Assembly (NCBI RefSeq): GCF_048266585.1
Contig: NZ_JBLWZF010000014.1
Strand: one strand, 5' to 3'
From: Celeribacter sp.
Lineage (GTDB): Bacteria; Pseudomonadota; Alphaproteobacteria; Rhodobacterales; Rhodobacteraceae
DNA: 64,000 nucleotides
The notes below the pieces were generated by a model. That model was not told the origin of the DNA and ran no database searches. It saw only the letters and a program-made list of their open reading frames with translations. Shown one piece after another: positions 56,567 through 64,000 of this stretch (the stretch's first letter is position 1; every line of letters starts with the position of its first letter). A program made the position numbers and the translations under genes.

Positions 56567-57637
56567 TTGAAAAATCCCTATTCCGACCTGCCGCCGAAAG
56601 CCTTTTGGAAAACCGGCGTCGTTCAGACGGACAAGGTCCACTGGCCCGAGCTTTTCGTGCCGAAATTCACCATCTCTTCTGACAGCGCCGTCGCAACCGC
56701 CGGTAGTTGTTTCGCGCAGCGCATCCGGCAGGCTTTGGCCGATGAGGAGATGCCGATCCTTGATGTCGAACCCGCGCCTGCGGCGGTGCAGGGCGATCTG
56801 GCGCGGGAGTTCGGCTACGGGCTGCATTCCGCGCGCTACGGCAATATCTACACGCCGCGTCAGCTTTTGGAGCTGTTGCAGGACATGCAAAAGGACGCGG
56901 TGCACAAGGCGCTGATCTGGGAGCGGGACGGGCGCTATGTCGACATGCTGCGCCCGAATGTCGAACCCGATGGCTGTGCCTCGGTGAAAGAGGTGCTCGA
57001 GTTGCGAAAGCAGCATCTGGCACGTCTGCGCGAATTGTTCGAGACGGTCGATGTCTTTGTCTTCACTTTGGGCCTGACGGAAGCGTGGATTCACGAACCG
57101 ACCGGGCGCTGCCTGCCGGTCGCGCCGGGGGTGATCGCGGGGGAGTATGATCCCAAACTCTACCAGTTCCACAATTTCACCCATTCGGAATTACTCAAGG
57201 ATCTCAAGGCGATCCGCGTTCTTCTTCGCGATATCCGCAAGGGGGTGAAGATCATCCTGACCACCTCTCCCGTGCCGATCACGGCGACGGCGTCGGGCGA
57301 TCATGCGTTGAACGCCAGCACCTACACGAAATCCACGCTGCGCTCTGTGGCGGGCGAAATGGCGATGAAATTCAAGGATGTCGATTATTTTCCCGGCTAT
57401 GAAATCGTCACCACATGGGCGCGGGAAAACCCGGCCTATGAGGCGAACCAGCGCAGCATCCGGCCCGAGGTCGTGGCGCATGTGATGGCGGTGTTTCTCG
57501 ACGCTTACGGGCTGCGCAAAACCGGCGCGGCGGATCAGGCGGAGCCCGCAAAGATCCATGACGATTCCGAGTATCTCGAAGGCCATGACGACGATCTGGT
57601 CTGTGAGGAAATCCTGATCGAGGCCCTGCAAAAATGA
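56567..57637 (+). CDS. GSCFA-domain protein (paralogue 1)
   Basis: It contains the eponymous motif AVATAGSCFAQ. I prefer the TTG at 56567 (MKNPYSDLPPKAFWKTGV) because the track start at 56495 lies inside the rpsI terminator. It is about half identical by eye to ORF 58440..59405. Confidence 0.7.
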   Translation: MKNPYSDLPPKAFWKTGVVQTDKVHWPELFVPKFTISSDSAVATAGSCFAQRIRQALADEEMPILDVEPAPAAVQGDLAREFGYGLHSARYGNIYTPRQLLELLQDMQKDAVHKALIWERDGRYVDMLRPNVEPDGCASVKEVLELRKQHLARLRELFETVDVFVFTLGLTEAWIHEPTGRCLPVAPGVIAGEYDPKLYQFHNFTHSELLKDLKAIRVLLRDIRKGVKIILTTSPVPITATASGDHALNASTYTKSTLRSVAGEMAMKFKDVDYFPGYEIVTTWARENPAYEANQRSIRPEVVAHVMAVFLDAYGLRKTGAADQAEPAKIHDDSEYLEGHDDDLVCEEILIEALQK

Positions 57638-58443
57638 CCCGCGCCTTGTTGATTGGAAACTCGCATGTTGGCCCCTATCTCAATGCGCTGAAACATGCGG
57701 AGGGGGAGGTCGCTTTGGACCTCGATTGCATCGCGGCCTTTGGCGACGGTCTGGAGCGTTACACCATTGAGGACGGCGTGTTCTGCGGCAATATCCTTGA
57801 TCCGAAGGTGACCGGGCGCAAGGGCAAGGGACCGTTTCCCGGCTCGGACGCGCGCGCGGTGCTGAAGGATTACGATGTGGTGCTGCTGACCGGGCTCAGG
57901 TTTTCGATTTTTCAGGTGATCCGTGTGTTCCGAGATCTGGGTCTTGTGACGATGGACAGCTCCCGCGATTATGCGACGGCGGCGGAAAACGGCGTGACGC
58001 TGGTCTCCGAGGCTTTGTTGCACCGGCTGATCGCAGAGCGTCTGTCGGGCAGTCTGATGATGCAGATCGCGCGCGACATCCGGGCCGCAACGGATGCGCC
58101 GATCCTTGTGCTGGCCCAACCGCGTCCAACGCGGCAGGTCTTGGTCGAAGGCACAAGGTTCGAGACCTTTTGCAACGCCGAAGAGCGCGGTGAGGGGGAC
58201 TTTGTGTCAAAAACCTATGAGCGCCTCGCGCAGGAGCTTTGCGCCGGGATCGCGGCGCACTATGTGCCGCAGCCGCCGGGAACCATCGACGGGGGGATGT
58301 TTACGGACACCTCCTATATGATGGGCACCCTGCGCCCGCCGTTTTGGAAAAAGAACGGGCGCCCGGTGGATTTTCGCCATGGCAATGCCCGCTATGGGGC
58401 ACGGATGTTGAAACATGTGGCGCGGGAGCTGGAAACGCTGTGA
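57634..58443 (+). CDS. uncharacterised protein with SGNH-hydrolase-like motifs
   Basis: 269 aa. The N-terminus (ALLIGNSHV) resembles SGNH block I, and the C-terminus (VDFRHGNARYGARML) resembles block V (DxxH). Its ATG overlaps the upstream stop (ATGA), and its stop overlaps the downstream GTG (GTGA). Confidence 0.6.
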   Translation: MTRALLIGNSHVGPYLNALKHAEGEVALDLDCIAAFGDGLERYTIEDGVFCGNILDPKVTGRKGKGPFPGSDARAVLKDYDVVLLTGLRFSIFQVIRVFRDLGLVTMDSSRDYATAAENGVTLVSEALLHRLIAERLSGSLMMQIARDIRAATDAPILVLAQPRPTRQVLVEGTRFETFCNAEERGEGDFVSKTYERLAQELCAGIAAHYVPQPPGTIDGGMFTDTSYMMGTLRPPFWKKNGRPVDFRHGNARYGARMLKHVARELETL

Positions 58444-59405
58444 GCCATCCCTATGAAACGAGCCCGGCAAAAGCGTTTTGGCGCAGTGGTGTTGTGGAGA
58501 CCGACCGGCGGCGCTGGCCGGAGATTTACACGCCGGCCTTTCCGATCCGGCCCGAGACAGCCGTCGCCACCGCCGGAAGCTGTTTTGCGCAGCACATTGG
58601 CCGGTTTCTGCGGGACGCGGGCGTCAATGTTCTCGATGTGGAACCGCGCCCTGAGGGCATGAGCGATGAGGCGGCCAAAGCGCGTGGCTATGGCCTCTAT
58701 TCGGCGCGCTACGGCAATATTTACACGGCGCGCCAGCTGCGCGAGTTGTTGGAGGATGCCTTTGAAATCTATGTGGAGGACCGCCATTTTCTGACCCGCG
58801 ACGGGGCATGGTTCGATGCGCTGCGCCCCGGTGTGGAGCCGGACGGCTTTGCCACTTTGGAGGCGGCGGTGGAGGCGCGGCGGGCGCATCTTTTGCAGGT
58901 GGTGGAATTGGCGCAGGAGATGGAGGTGTTCATCTTCACGCTGGGTCTGACCGAAGGCTGGATCGACCGTGAAACGGGGCGGGTGCTGGCGATGGCGCCC
59001 GGCGTGATTGCGGGCGATTACGACCCGGAGCGCTATGTGTTTCACAATTTCACCTATGACGAAATTTACGCCGATCTCGTTGAAATCAGAAAACTTTTGC
59101 TCGGCATCAATCCCAATGTGCAGCTGCTTTTGACGGTCTCGCCGGTGCCTTTGACCGGGACGGCCTCAAATCAGCATGTCTTGGCGGCGACGAGTTATTC
59201 GAAATCGGTTCTGCGCGCGGCAGCAGGGGATTTGGCGGAGACATACGCGACGGTGGATTATTTCCCCTCCTATGAGATCGTTACCACTTGGGCAGCACCC
59301 GAGGCGGCTTTTGCGGCGAACCTGCGTTCGGTCCGGCCAGAGATGGTCGAGGGGGTGATGGAGGTTTTTTTGACCGCGCATGGTTTGGAGACCACTGGCG
59401 GTTGA
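58440..59405 (+). CDS. GSCFA-domain protein (paralogue 2)
   Basis: It carries the motif AVATAGSCFAQH. I chose the GTG at 58440 (VSHPYETSPAKAFWRSGV) by alignment with paralogue 1. The upstream part of track ORF 58239.. overlaps the previous gene out of frame. Confidence 0.7.
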   Translation: MSHPYETSPAKAFWRSGVVETDRRRWPEIYTPAFPIRPETAVATAGSCFAQHIGRFLRDAGVNVLDVEPRPEGMSDEAAKARGYGLYSARYGNIYTARQLRELLEDAFEIYVEDRHFLTRDGAWFDALRPGVEPDGFATLEAAVEARRAHLLQVVELAQEMEVFIFTLGLTEGWIDRETGRVLAMAPGVIAGDYDPERYVFHNFTYDEIYADLVEIRKLLLGINPNVQLLLTVSPVPLTGTASNQHVLAATSYSKSVLRAAAGDLAETYATVDYFPSYEIVTTWAAPEAAFAANLRSVRPEMVEGVMEVFLTAHGLETTGG

Positions 59406-59580
59406 CAGGCGATTGAGGAGCTGCCTGTTTGATGGTCGAAGATGTGGCACATGCCATGAAATTGATCGTAGGGTCGGACTGCCTTTGGGAAAGCTCTTGC
59501 ACATTTGATCAAAATCTTTTCAGGATCGAAGAGACAGGGGATAGGGCCGGGATCGGTTCGGAAACAGGAAGGACACCAGC

Positions 59581-60495
59581 ATGGCGGCGAGCGACAGGAT
59601 ACGTCGTTTTTTCCGGACAGAGCAGGGGATCGGGATGCTTTTGGTGTCCCCGACGGCGCTCTATGCGCTGTTGCTTTTGGCCGTGCCTTTGATCGCGATT
59701 TTCGTGATTTCGTTCTGGACTCAGACCGGGGTGCGCGATTTCGACACCGGCTTTACGCTGGCGAATTACAAAGAGGCGCTCACCGATCCGCTCTATCGCC
59801 AGCTCATGCTGCGCTCTCTTATGGTGTCTGGTCTGGTGACGCTGATCACCGTGGTGCTGGCTTTTCCGATTGCCTATTTCGTGTCTTTCGGGGTGAAGCC
59901 GGAGCATAAATCGCTCTGGATTTTCCTGATCACCATCCCGTTTTGGACCTCTTACCTGATCCGCGTGTTCCTCTGGAAAGTTATTCTCGGCTATAATGGG
60001 GTGCTCAACTCCGGTCTGAAACTCGTTGGTTTGATTGACGAACCTCTGTCCTTCATCCTCTACAACGTCAATGCGGTGATCATCACGCTGGCCCATGCCT
60101 ATGCGCCTTTCGCGATCCTGCCGATCTTTGTCGCGTTGGAGAAAATCGACCGCTCTCTCTTGGAAGCGTCGCGCGATCTGGGCGAGAGCCGGACGATGAC
60201 CTTCCTGCGGGTGACGCTGCCACTGGCCGCGCCCGGCGTGGTGGCCGCTGTGTTGATCGTCTTCATCCCGACCATCGGTGATTACGTGACGCCGCGCCTT
60301 GTTGGCGGGCCGGGGGGCCTCATGATCGCCAATATGATCCAGACCCAATTCCTGCGCCTCAACAACGCGCCTTTGGGGGCCACTTTGGCCGTGCTCGCGA
60401 TGCTGATCGTCGCGGTGATTGCCGTGGCCTTCCTGCTCCTTGGCAACCGGGCCGCAGGTGGAAAAGCGGGTGGCAAGAAAGGAGCGCGCAAATGA
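59581..60495 (+). CDS. ABC transporter permease, spermidine/putrescine (PotB)-type
   Basis: 304 aa with six TM segments and an EAA loop (LEASRDLGESRTMTFLRVTLP). Confidence 0.8.
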   Translation: MAASDRIRRFFRTEQGIGMLLVSPTALYALLLLAVPLIAIFVISFWTQTGVRDFDTGFTLANYKEALTDPLYRQLMLRSLMVSGLVTLITVVLAFPIAYFVSFGVKPEHKSLWIFLITIPFWTSYLIRVFLWKVILGYNGVLNSGLKLVGLIDEPLSFILYNVNAVIITLAHAYAPFAILPIFVALEKIDRSLLEASRDLGESRTMTFLRVTLPLAAPGVVAAVLIVFIPTIGDYVTPRLVGGPGGLMIANMIQTQFLRLNNAPLGATLAVLAMLIVAVIAVAFLLLGNRAAGGKAGGKKGARK

Positions 60496-61289
60496 AATCG
60501 CTCAAGACCTATGCGATCCTCTATCTGATCTTTCTCTACGCGCCGATCTTTCTGTTGCCGCTCTTTGCTTTCAACAGCTCGACGATCATCGCCTTTCCGC
60601 TGGAGAGCTTCACGACTGAGTGGTTCACCCAGCTTTTGACGCTCTCCGAGATGCATGGCGCTTTGCTCAATTCGCTCAAGATTGCCGTGACCTCCGCCGT
60701 GTTGGCGACCACTTTGGGCATTTTCGCCGCCATGGCGGTGTCGCGTTATAGCTTTCCCGGTCAAAAGGGCATCATGGGGTTCATCATGCTGCCTTTGGTG
60801 CTGCCGGAGATCATCGTCGCCGTGTCCTTGCTCATCGTCATCCTGCGCATGGGGCTCGACACCGGCGCCTGGTCGGTGATCGCGGGGCACACGCTGATCT
60901 GCACGCCCTTCGCCATCGCGATCCTGCAATCGGCCTTCGCCGCTTTGGACCCGTCACTCGAAGAGGCGGCCTATGATCTGGGCGAAACGCCCGCCTCGAC
61001 CTTTCGCCTCGTGACCCTGCCTTTGGTCATGCCGGGGATCATTTCGGCGCTGTTGATTTCCTTCACCATCTCGATGGACGAATTCATCATCGCCTTCTTC
61101 CTGACCGGCGCCGAACCGACTTTGCCGGTCTATCTCTTCTCCATGCTGCGGTTCCCGAAACTGCTGCCTGCGGTGATGGCTTTGGGCACGATCCTCGTCG
61201 TGCTCTCCATCCTCTTGATCACAATCGCCGAATTTTTCCGCCGCCGGGGCGCCAAGCGCACGGGCAACGACACCGGGGGCTTTCTTTGA
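60492..61289 (+). CDS. ABC transporter permease, PotC-type
   Basis: 265 aa with an EAA loop (EEAAYDLGETPASTFRLVTLP). It overlaps the upstream gene by 4 nt. Confidence 0.8.
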   Translation: MKSLKTYAILYLIFLYAPIFLLPLFAFNSSTIIAFPLESFTTEWFTQLLTLSEMHGALLNSLKIAVTSAVLATTLGIFAAMAVSRYSFPGQKGIMGFIMLPLVLPEIIVAVSLLIVILRMGLDTGAWSVIAGHTLICTPFAIAILQSAFAALDPSLEEAAYDLGETPASTFRLVTLPLVMPGIISALLISFTISMDEFIIAFFLTGAEPTLPVYLFSMLRFPKLLPAVMALGTILVVLSILLITIAEFFRRRGAKRTGNDTGGFL

Positions 61290-61291
61290 CT

Positions 61292-62416
61292 ATGGCTGAC
61301 ATGACTGCTGATACACCTCTGATCTCTCTGCAAAACGTCAACAAGCACTATGGCGACTATCACGCCTTGCGGAGCATCAATCTCGACATCAAACAGGGCG
61401 AATTCTTTTCGCTTTTGGGGCCGTCGGGCTGTGGCAAGACCACGCTCTTGCGCACGATTGCGGGGTTTGAGGACTATGACACCGGCGCTGTGATGATCTC
61501 TGACCGGGACATGCGCGGCGTACCCGCGAACAAGCGTCCGACCAATATGGTGTTCCAAAGCTACGCGATTTTCCCGCATCTCTCGGTGATTGAAAACGTC
61601 GCCTTCGGGCTGCGCAAATCTAAGATGTCGAAGACCGACAAGATGCTGGCCGCCGAGGCCGCCTTGGAGATGGTCGGCCTCAAAGGCTACGGCCACCGCG
61701 CGGCTCATGCTTTGTCGGGCGGGCAACGACAGCGTGTCGCCTTGGCCCGCGCGCTGGTGTTGAAGCCCAAAGTTTTGCTGTTGGACGAGCCGCTCTCCGC
61801 GCTCGACCGCAAGATGCGCGAACAGATGCAGGTGGAGCTGATCAAGCTGCAACGCGAGGTGGGCATCACCTTTATTCTCGTGACCCACGATCAGGAAGAG
61901 GCGCTTGTGATGTCCGACCGGATCGCCGTGATGTTCGAGGGCGAGATCGCGCAATGCGACGACCCGGAGGTGCTTTATCGCAAGCCCAATTCGAAACGCG
62001 TGGCGGATTTCATCGGGGTGATGAATTTCCTGCCTGCGACGGTTCGGCAAGAGGGCGAGACCTATCTGGCCGAGATCGCCGGGCTGGGCGAAACCGAGAT
62101 CACCGAGGCGCAATGTCCAGGCGGTGTGCCTCTCCAGAATGACAACAGGGGCGAGGCCACGGTGGGCTTTCGCCCCGAGACCCTGACGCTTTTGTACGAG
62201 GGCCAAAGCGCCACCCACCGCGAAGCCCCCGCCGTGGTGGACGAGGTCGTCTATTACGGCGATATGACCTATTACGACGTGCGGTTTGAGGGTGTCGAAA
62301 AGCCGGTGCGTATTTCGATGCGCAACATCTTTGGCCGCGATGTCTTGGCCGTCGGCACGAAAGTCCGCGTCAGCTGGTCGCCGGGCGCGCTGGTGGTGTT
62401 CGACCAGAGCGCATGA
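61292..62416 (+). CDS. ABC transporter ATP-binding protein, PotA-type
   Basis: It has Walker A (GPSGCGKTT), the signature LSGGQRQRV and Walker B (LLLDEPLSALD). The ATG at 61292 follows the PotC-type stop. Confidence 0.85.
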   Translation: MADMTADTPLISLQNVNKHYGDYHALRSINLDIKQGEFFSLLGPSGCGKTTLLRTIAGFEDYDTGAVMISDRDMRGVPANKRPTNMVFQSYAIFPHLSVIENVAFGLRKSKMSKTDKMLAAEAALEMVGLKGYGHRAAHALSGGQRQRVALARALVLKPKVLLLDEPLSALDRKMREQMQVELIKLQREVGITFILVTHDQEEALVMSDRIAVMFEGEIAQCDDPEVLYRKPNSKRVADFIGVMNFLPATVRQEGETYLAEIAGLGETEITEAQCPGGVPLQNDNRGEATVGFRPETLTLLYEGQSATHREAPAVVDEVVYYGDMTYYDVRFEGVEKPVRISMRNIFGRDVLAVGTKVRVSWSPGALVVFDQSA

Positions 62417-62422
62417 GTTGGT

Positions 62423-63220
62423 TCAGCGCTGCAACACCTTCGTCACGAAGCCTGTCACAGCCCGCTCAAGATCGGGGTGATTGCCAGTGCCGAGCGTTCG
62501 GTTCACCTCGGCATGACGATAGTCTGAGCCATCGAACAGCGTCGCATCCGCGCCCTTCGCCCGGGCATTGGTGACAAAATTCGACATCGCCGTCGCGTGC
62601 CCATGGGCCTCAGAGGTGATCGCCAAAATGGGCGGCAGGTTTTTGGCCAGATTGTAGCTGGGCGACAGCGCGCCCCATTGGTCGCGGTCCTTGAACACGC
62701 TCGCGGTGCCAAAGGGCAGGTGGCCCTGATGGGCGCGCGCCAGCGTGATCAAATCGACCGCCCCGCTGTCATTGACGATGACGCCTGCGGGCAGGGGCGT
62801 CCAGCCGGTGAGCGCCGCCATGGCCACAAGATGCGCACCTGCCGAGTGGCCCATGACGATCGTGCGTTCGGGCTTAGCGACATTGGCAAAACACCAGTCC
62901 ATCGCTTGCCGCACGGCTTTGATTTGGCCGGTCACCGGGGTTTTCGGCAGCGTCGGGTAGTCGATGGAGACGAAATCGAGGCTCATGGAATTGACCCAAT
63001 CGGGTTTCGCGTCCACCGCCTTACGCGACCCTCTGCGCCACGATCCGCCATGGACATAAATCACGGCCCCACGAGGGTTCGCGGCACGGTAGATGTCCAA
63101 ATCCTCTGCGCCGTAGCTTTGGGTCTCGGGCTTTCCGGCGGCCAGTGCAGGCCAAGGGCAGGCCGCGGCCAAAGCGCTCATCAAAAGGTGGCGACGGGTC
63201 AGGATACTATGTTGCGGCAT
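62423..63220 (-). CDS. secreted alpha/beta hydrolase (esterase/lipase fold-3 type)
   Basis: It has a twin-arginine-like signal (LTRRHLLMSALAAACPWPALAAG), an oxyanion motif (VHGGSW) and a nucleophile elbow (GHSAGAH). Confidence 0.75.
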   Translation of the reverse strand: MPQHSILTRRHLLMSALAAACPWPALAAGKPETQSYGAEDLDIYRAANPRGAVIYVHGGSWRRGSRKAVDAKPDWVNSMSLDFVSIDYPTLPKTPVTGQIKAVRQAMDWCFANVAKPERTIVMGHSAGAHLVAMAALTGWTPLPAGVIVNDSGAVDLITLARAHQGHLPFGTASVFKDRDQWGALSPSYNLAKNLPPILAITSEAHGHATAMSNFVTNARAKGADATLFDGSDYRHAEVNRTLGTGNHPDLERAVTGFVTKVLQR

Positions 63221-63233
63221 CTGCTCTCCTCAC

Positions 63234-63348
63234 TAAAGCGTTTTTCGTTTAATCTGTTTCAGATTGAGCGGAAAACGTTGCCACACTGAATTGATAGTGC
63301 TGCGTTTCTCAAAAATTGAGTGCCTCAAGTTTTTTGAGAAACGCTTTA
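63234..63348. repeat. about 115-bp structured intergenic repeat (MITE/REP-like), copy B
   Basis: It has the termini TAAAGCGTTT ... AAACGCTTTA. Hairpin 1 is AATCTG-TTT-CAGATT (63251..63265). Hairpin 2 is GCGTTTCTCAAAAA-loop-TTTTTGAGAAACGC (63302..63344). It fills the whole gap between the TetR stop and the hydrolase RBS. Confidence 0.7.
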
Positions 63349-63960
63349 GTCTTGAGGAATCAACCCCAATCCGCGCAAGTATATGCCGATTCCGGTTTCC
63401 AAAAGGTCTTCGGGCGGGAAAGGCACCCGCGCGCCGGGCGTGCCACGAGCGAACAGCTCAACCACGCCATGCGCCATGGCCCAGACATGCGCCGCGAACA
63501 TCTGGGGCGGGGGGCGTTTACCCTCCGGGATTTGTTCCGAGAGTTGCGTGGCGGCGCGTTCCAACACGCCCAAGGCGCGCTCTGCCACGGCGAACAACTC
63601 GGGCGAGCGCTGCATCGAGATGCCGCTTTCGAACATGGCGATGTAATGGCCGGGGTAGCGGCGGGCAAAGGCCAGATAGGCGCGCCCCACGGCCTCAAAG
63701 GACGCCAAGGCCGAGGGCTGGCCGGTGTCATAGGCATAGTCCAAGAGATCGGCGAAGACCTCGAAACCTTGCCGGGCGATCTCGGCGATCAGGTCCTCGC
63801 GGCCCTCGAAATGGCGGTACACGGCGGCGGGGGTGACGCCTGCGGTTTTGGCGGCCTCGGAAAGGGTGAACCCCGTCGGGCCCTTTTCCTCGATCAGCAC
63901 AAGCGCCGCCTCGATCAGCGCCTGCCGCAGATTGCCGTGATGATAGCCGCGCTTGCTCAT
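63346..63960 (-). CDS. TetR-family transcriptional regulator
   Basis: 204 aa with an N-terminal HTH (FTLSEAAKTAGVTPAAVYRHFEGREDL). Confidence 0.85.
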   Translation of the reverse strand: MSKRGYHHGNLRQALIEAALVLIEEKGPTGFTLSEAAKTAGVTPAAVYRHFEGREDLIAEIARQGFEVFADLLDYAYDTGQPSALASFEAVGRAYLAFARRYPGHYIAMFESGISMQRSPELFAVAERALGVLERAATQLSEQIPEGKRPPPQMFAAHVWAMAHGVVELFARGTPGARVPFPPEDLLETGIGIYLRGLGLIPQD

Positions 63961-64000
63961 GCCTGTTCACTCATGCCTGTCACTCTCGCGGGCTTACTCA

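Overview
High-GC (about 60%) chromosomal segment. Gene content and regulatory motifs point to an alphaproteobacterium, probably Rhodobacterales-like; that placement is inference. The evidence is the CckA/CtrA-type signals, GAAC-N7-GAAC SOS boxes, an aglEFGAK-type locus and a cyoABCD-SURF1 cluster.

Most of the window is ordinary core genome. In order it contains:
- a homoprotocatechuate meta-cleavage cluster (gabD, hpaD, hpaE, hpaF, hpaR)
- a roughly 5 kb zone of gene decay with remnants of three IS families and several truncated or frameshifted genes
- cytochrome o ubiquinol oxidase cyoABCD plus SURF1
- a CheB-less chemotaxis operon (STAS, cheY, cheA, cheW, cheR, cheY, unknown ORF)
- glk and a GH1 beta-glucosidase
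- a LacI regulator and the alpha-glucoside ABC system with alpha-glucosidase (aglEFGAK-like)
- a TDT-family transporter, guaB, an RsmB-like methyltransferase and a cckA-like hybrid kinase
- recA, alaS, a DUF1330 gene, a VOC-family gene and typA
- a DUF898/M48 pair, an SMR pump and two tandem YitT genes
- hupE, a DUF1127 gene, icd, a TonB-dependent heme-type receptor and a VIT iron transporter
- rplM-rpsI
- an uncharacterised GSCFA / SGNH-like / GSCFA three-gene operon
- a polyamine-type ABC importer without a binding protein
- a Tat-signal alpha/beta hydrolase and a TetR regulator

No rRNA, tRNA or CRISPR array was seen.

The most unusual items are:
- the translationally coupled GSCFA triad at 56.5-59.4 kb
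- a roughly 113-bp MITE-like structured repeat present twice, each copy abutting a stop codon
- identical LacI-type palindromes that link the agl and bgl-glk operons
- a perfect CtrA-type box upstream of the cckA-like gene
- the IS/pseudogene graveyard at 4.6-9.4 kb

All functional calls come from reading the translated ORFs and motifs by eye. No database search was run.
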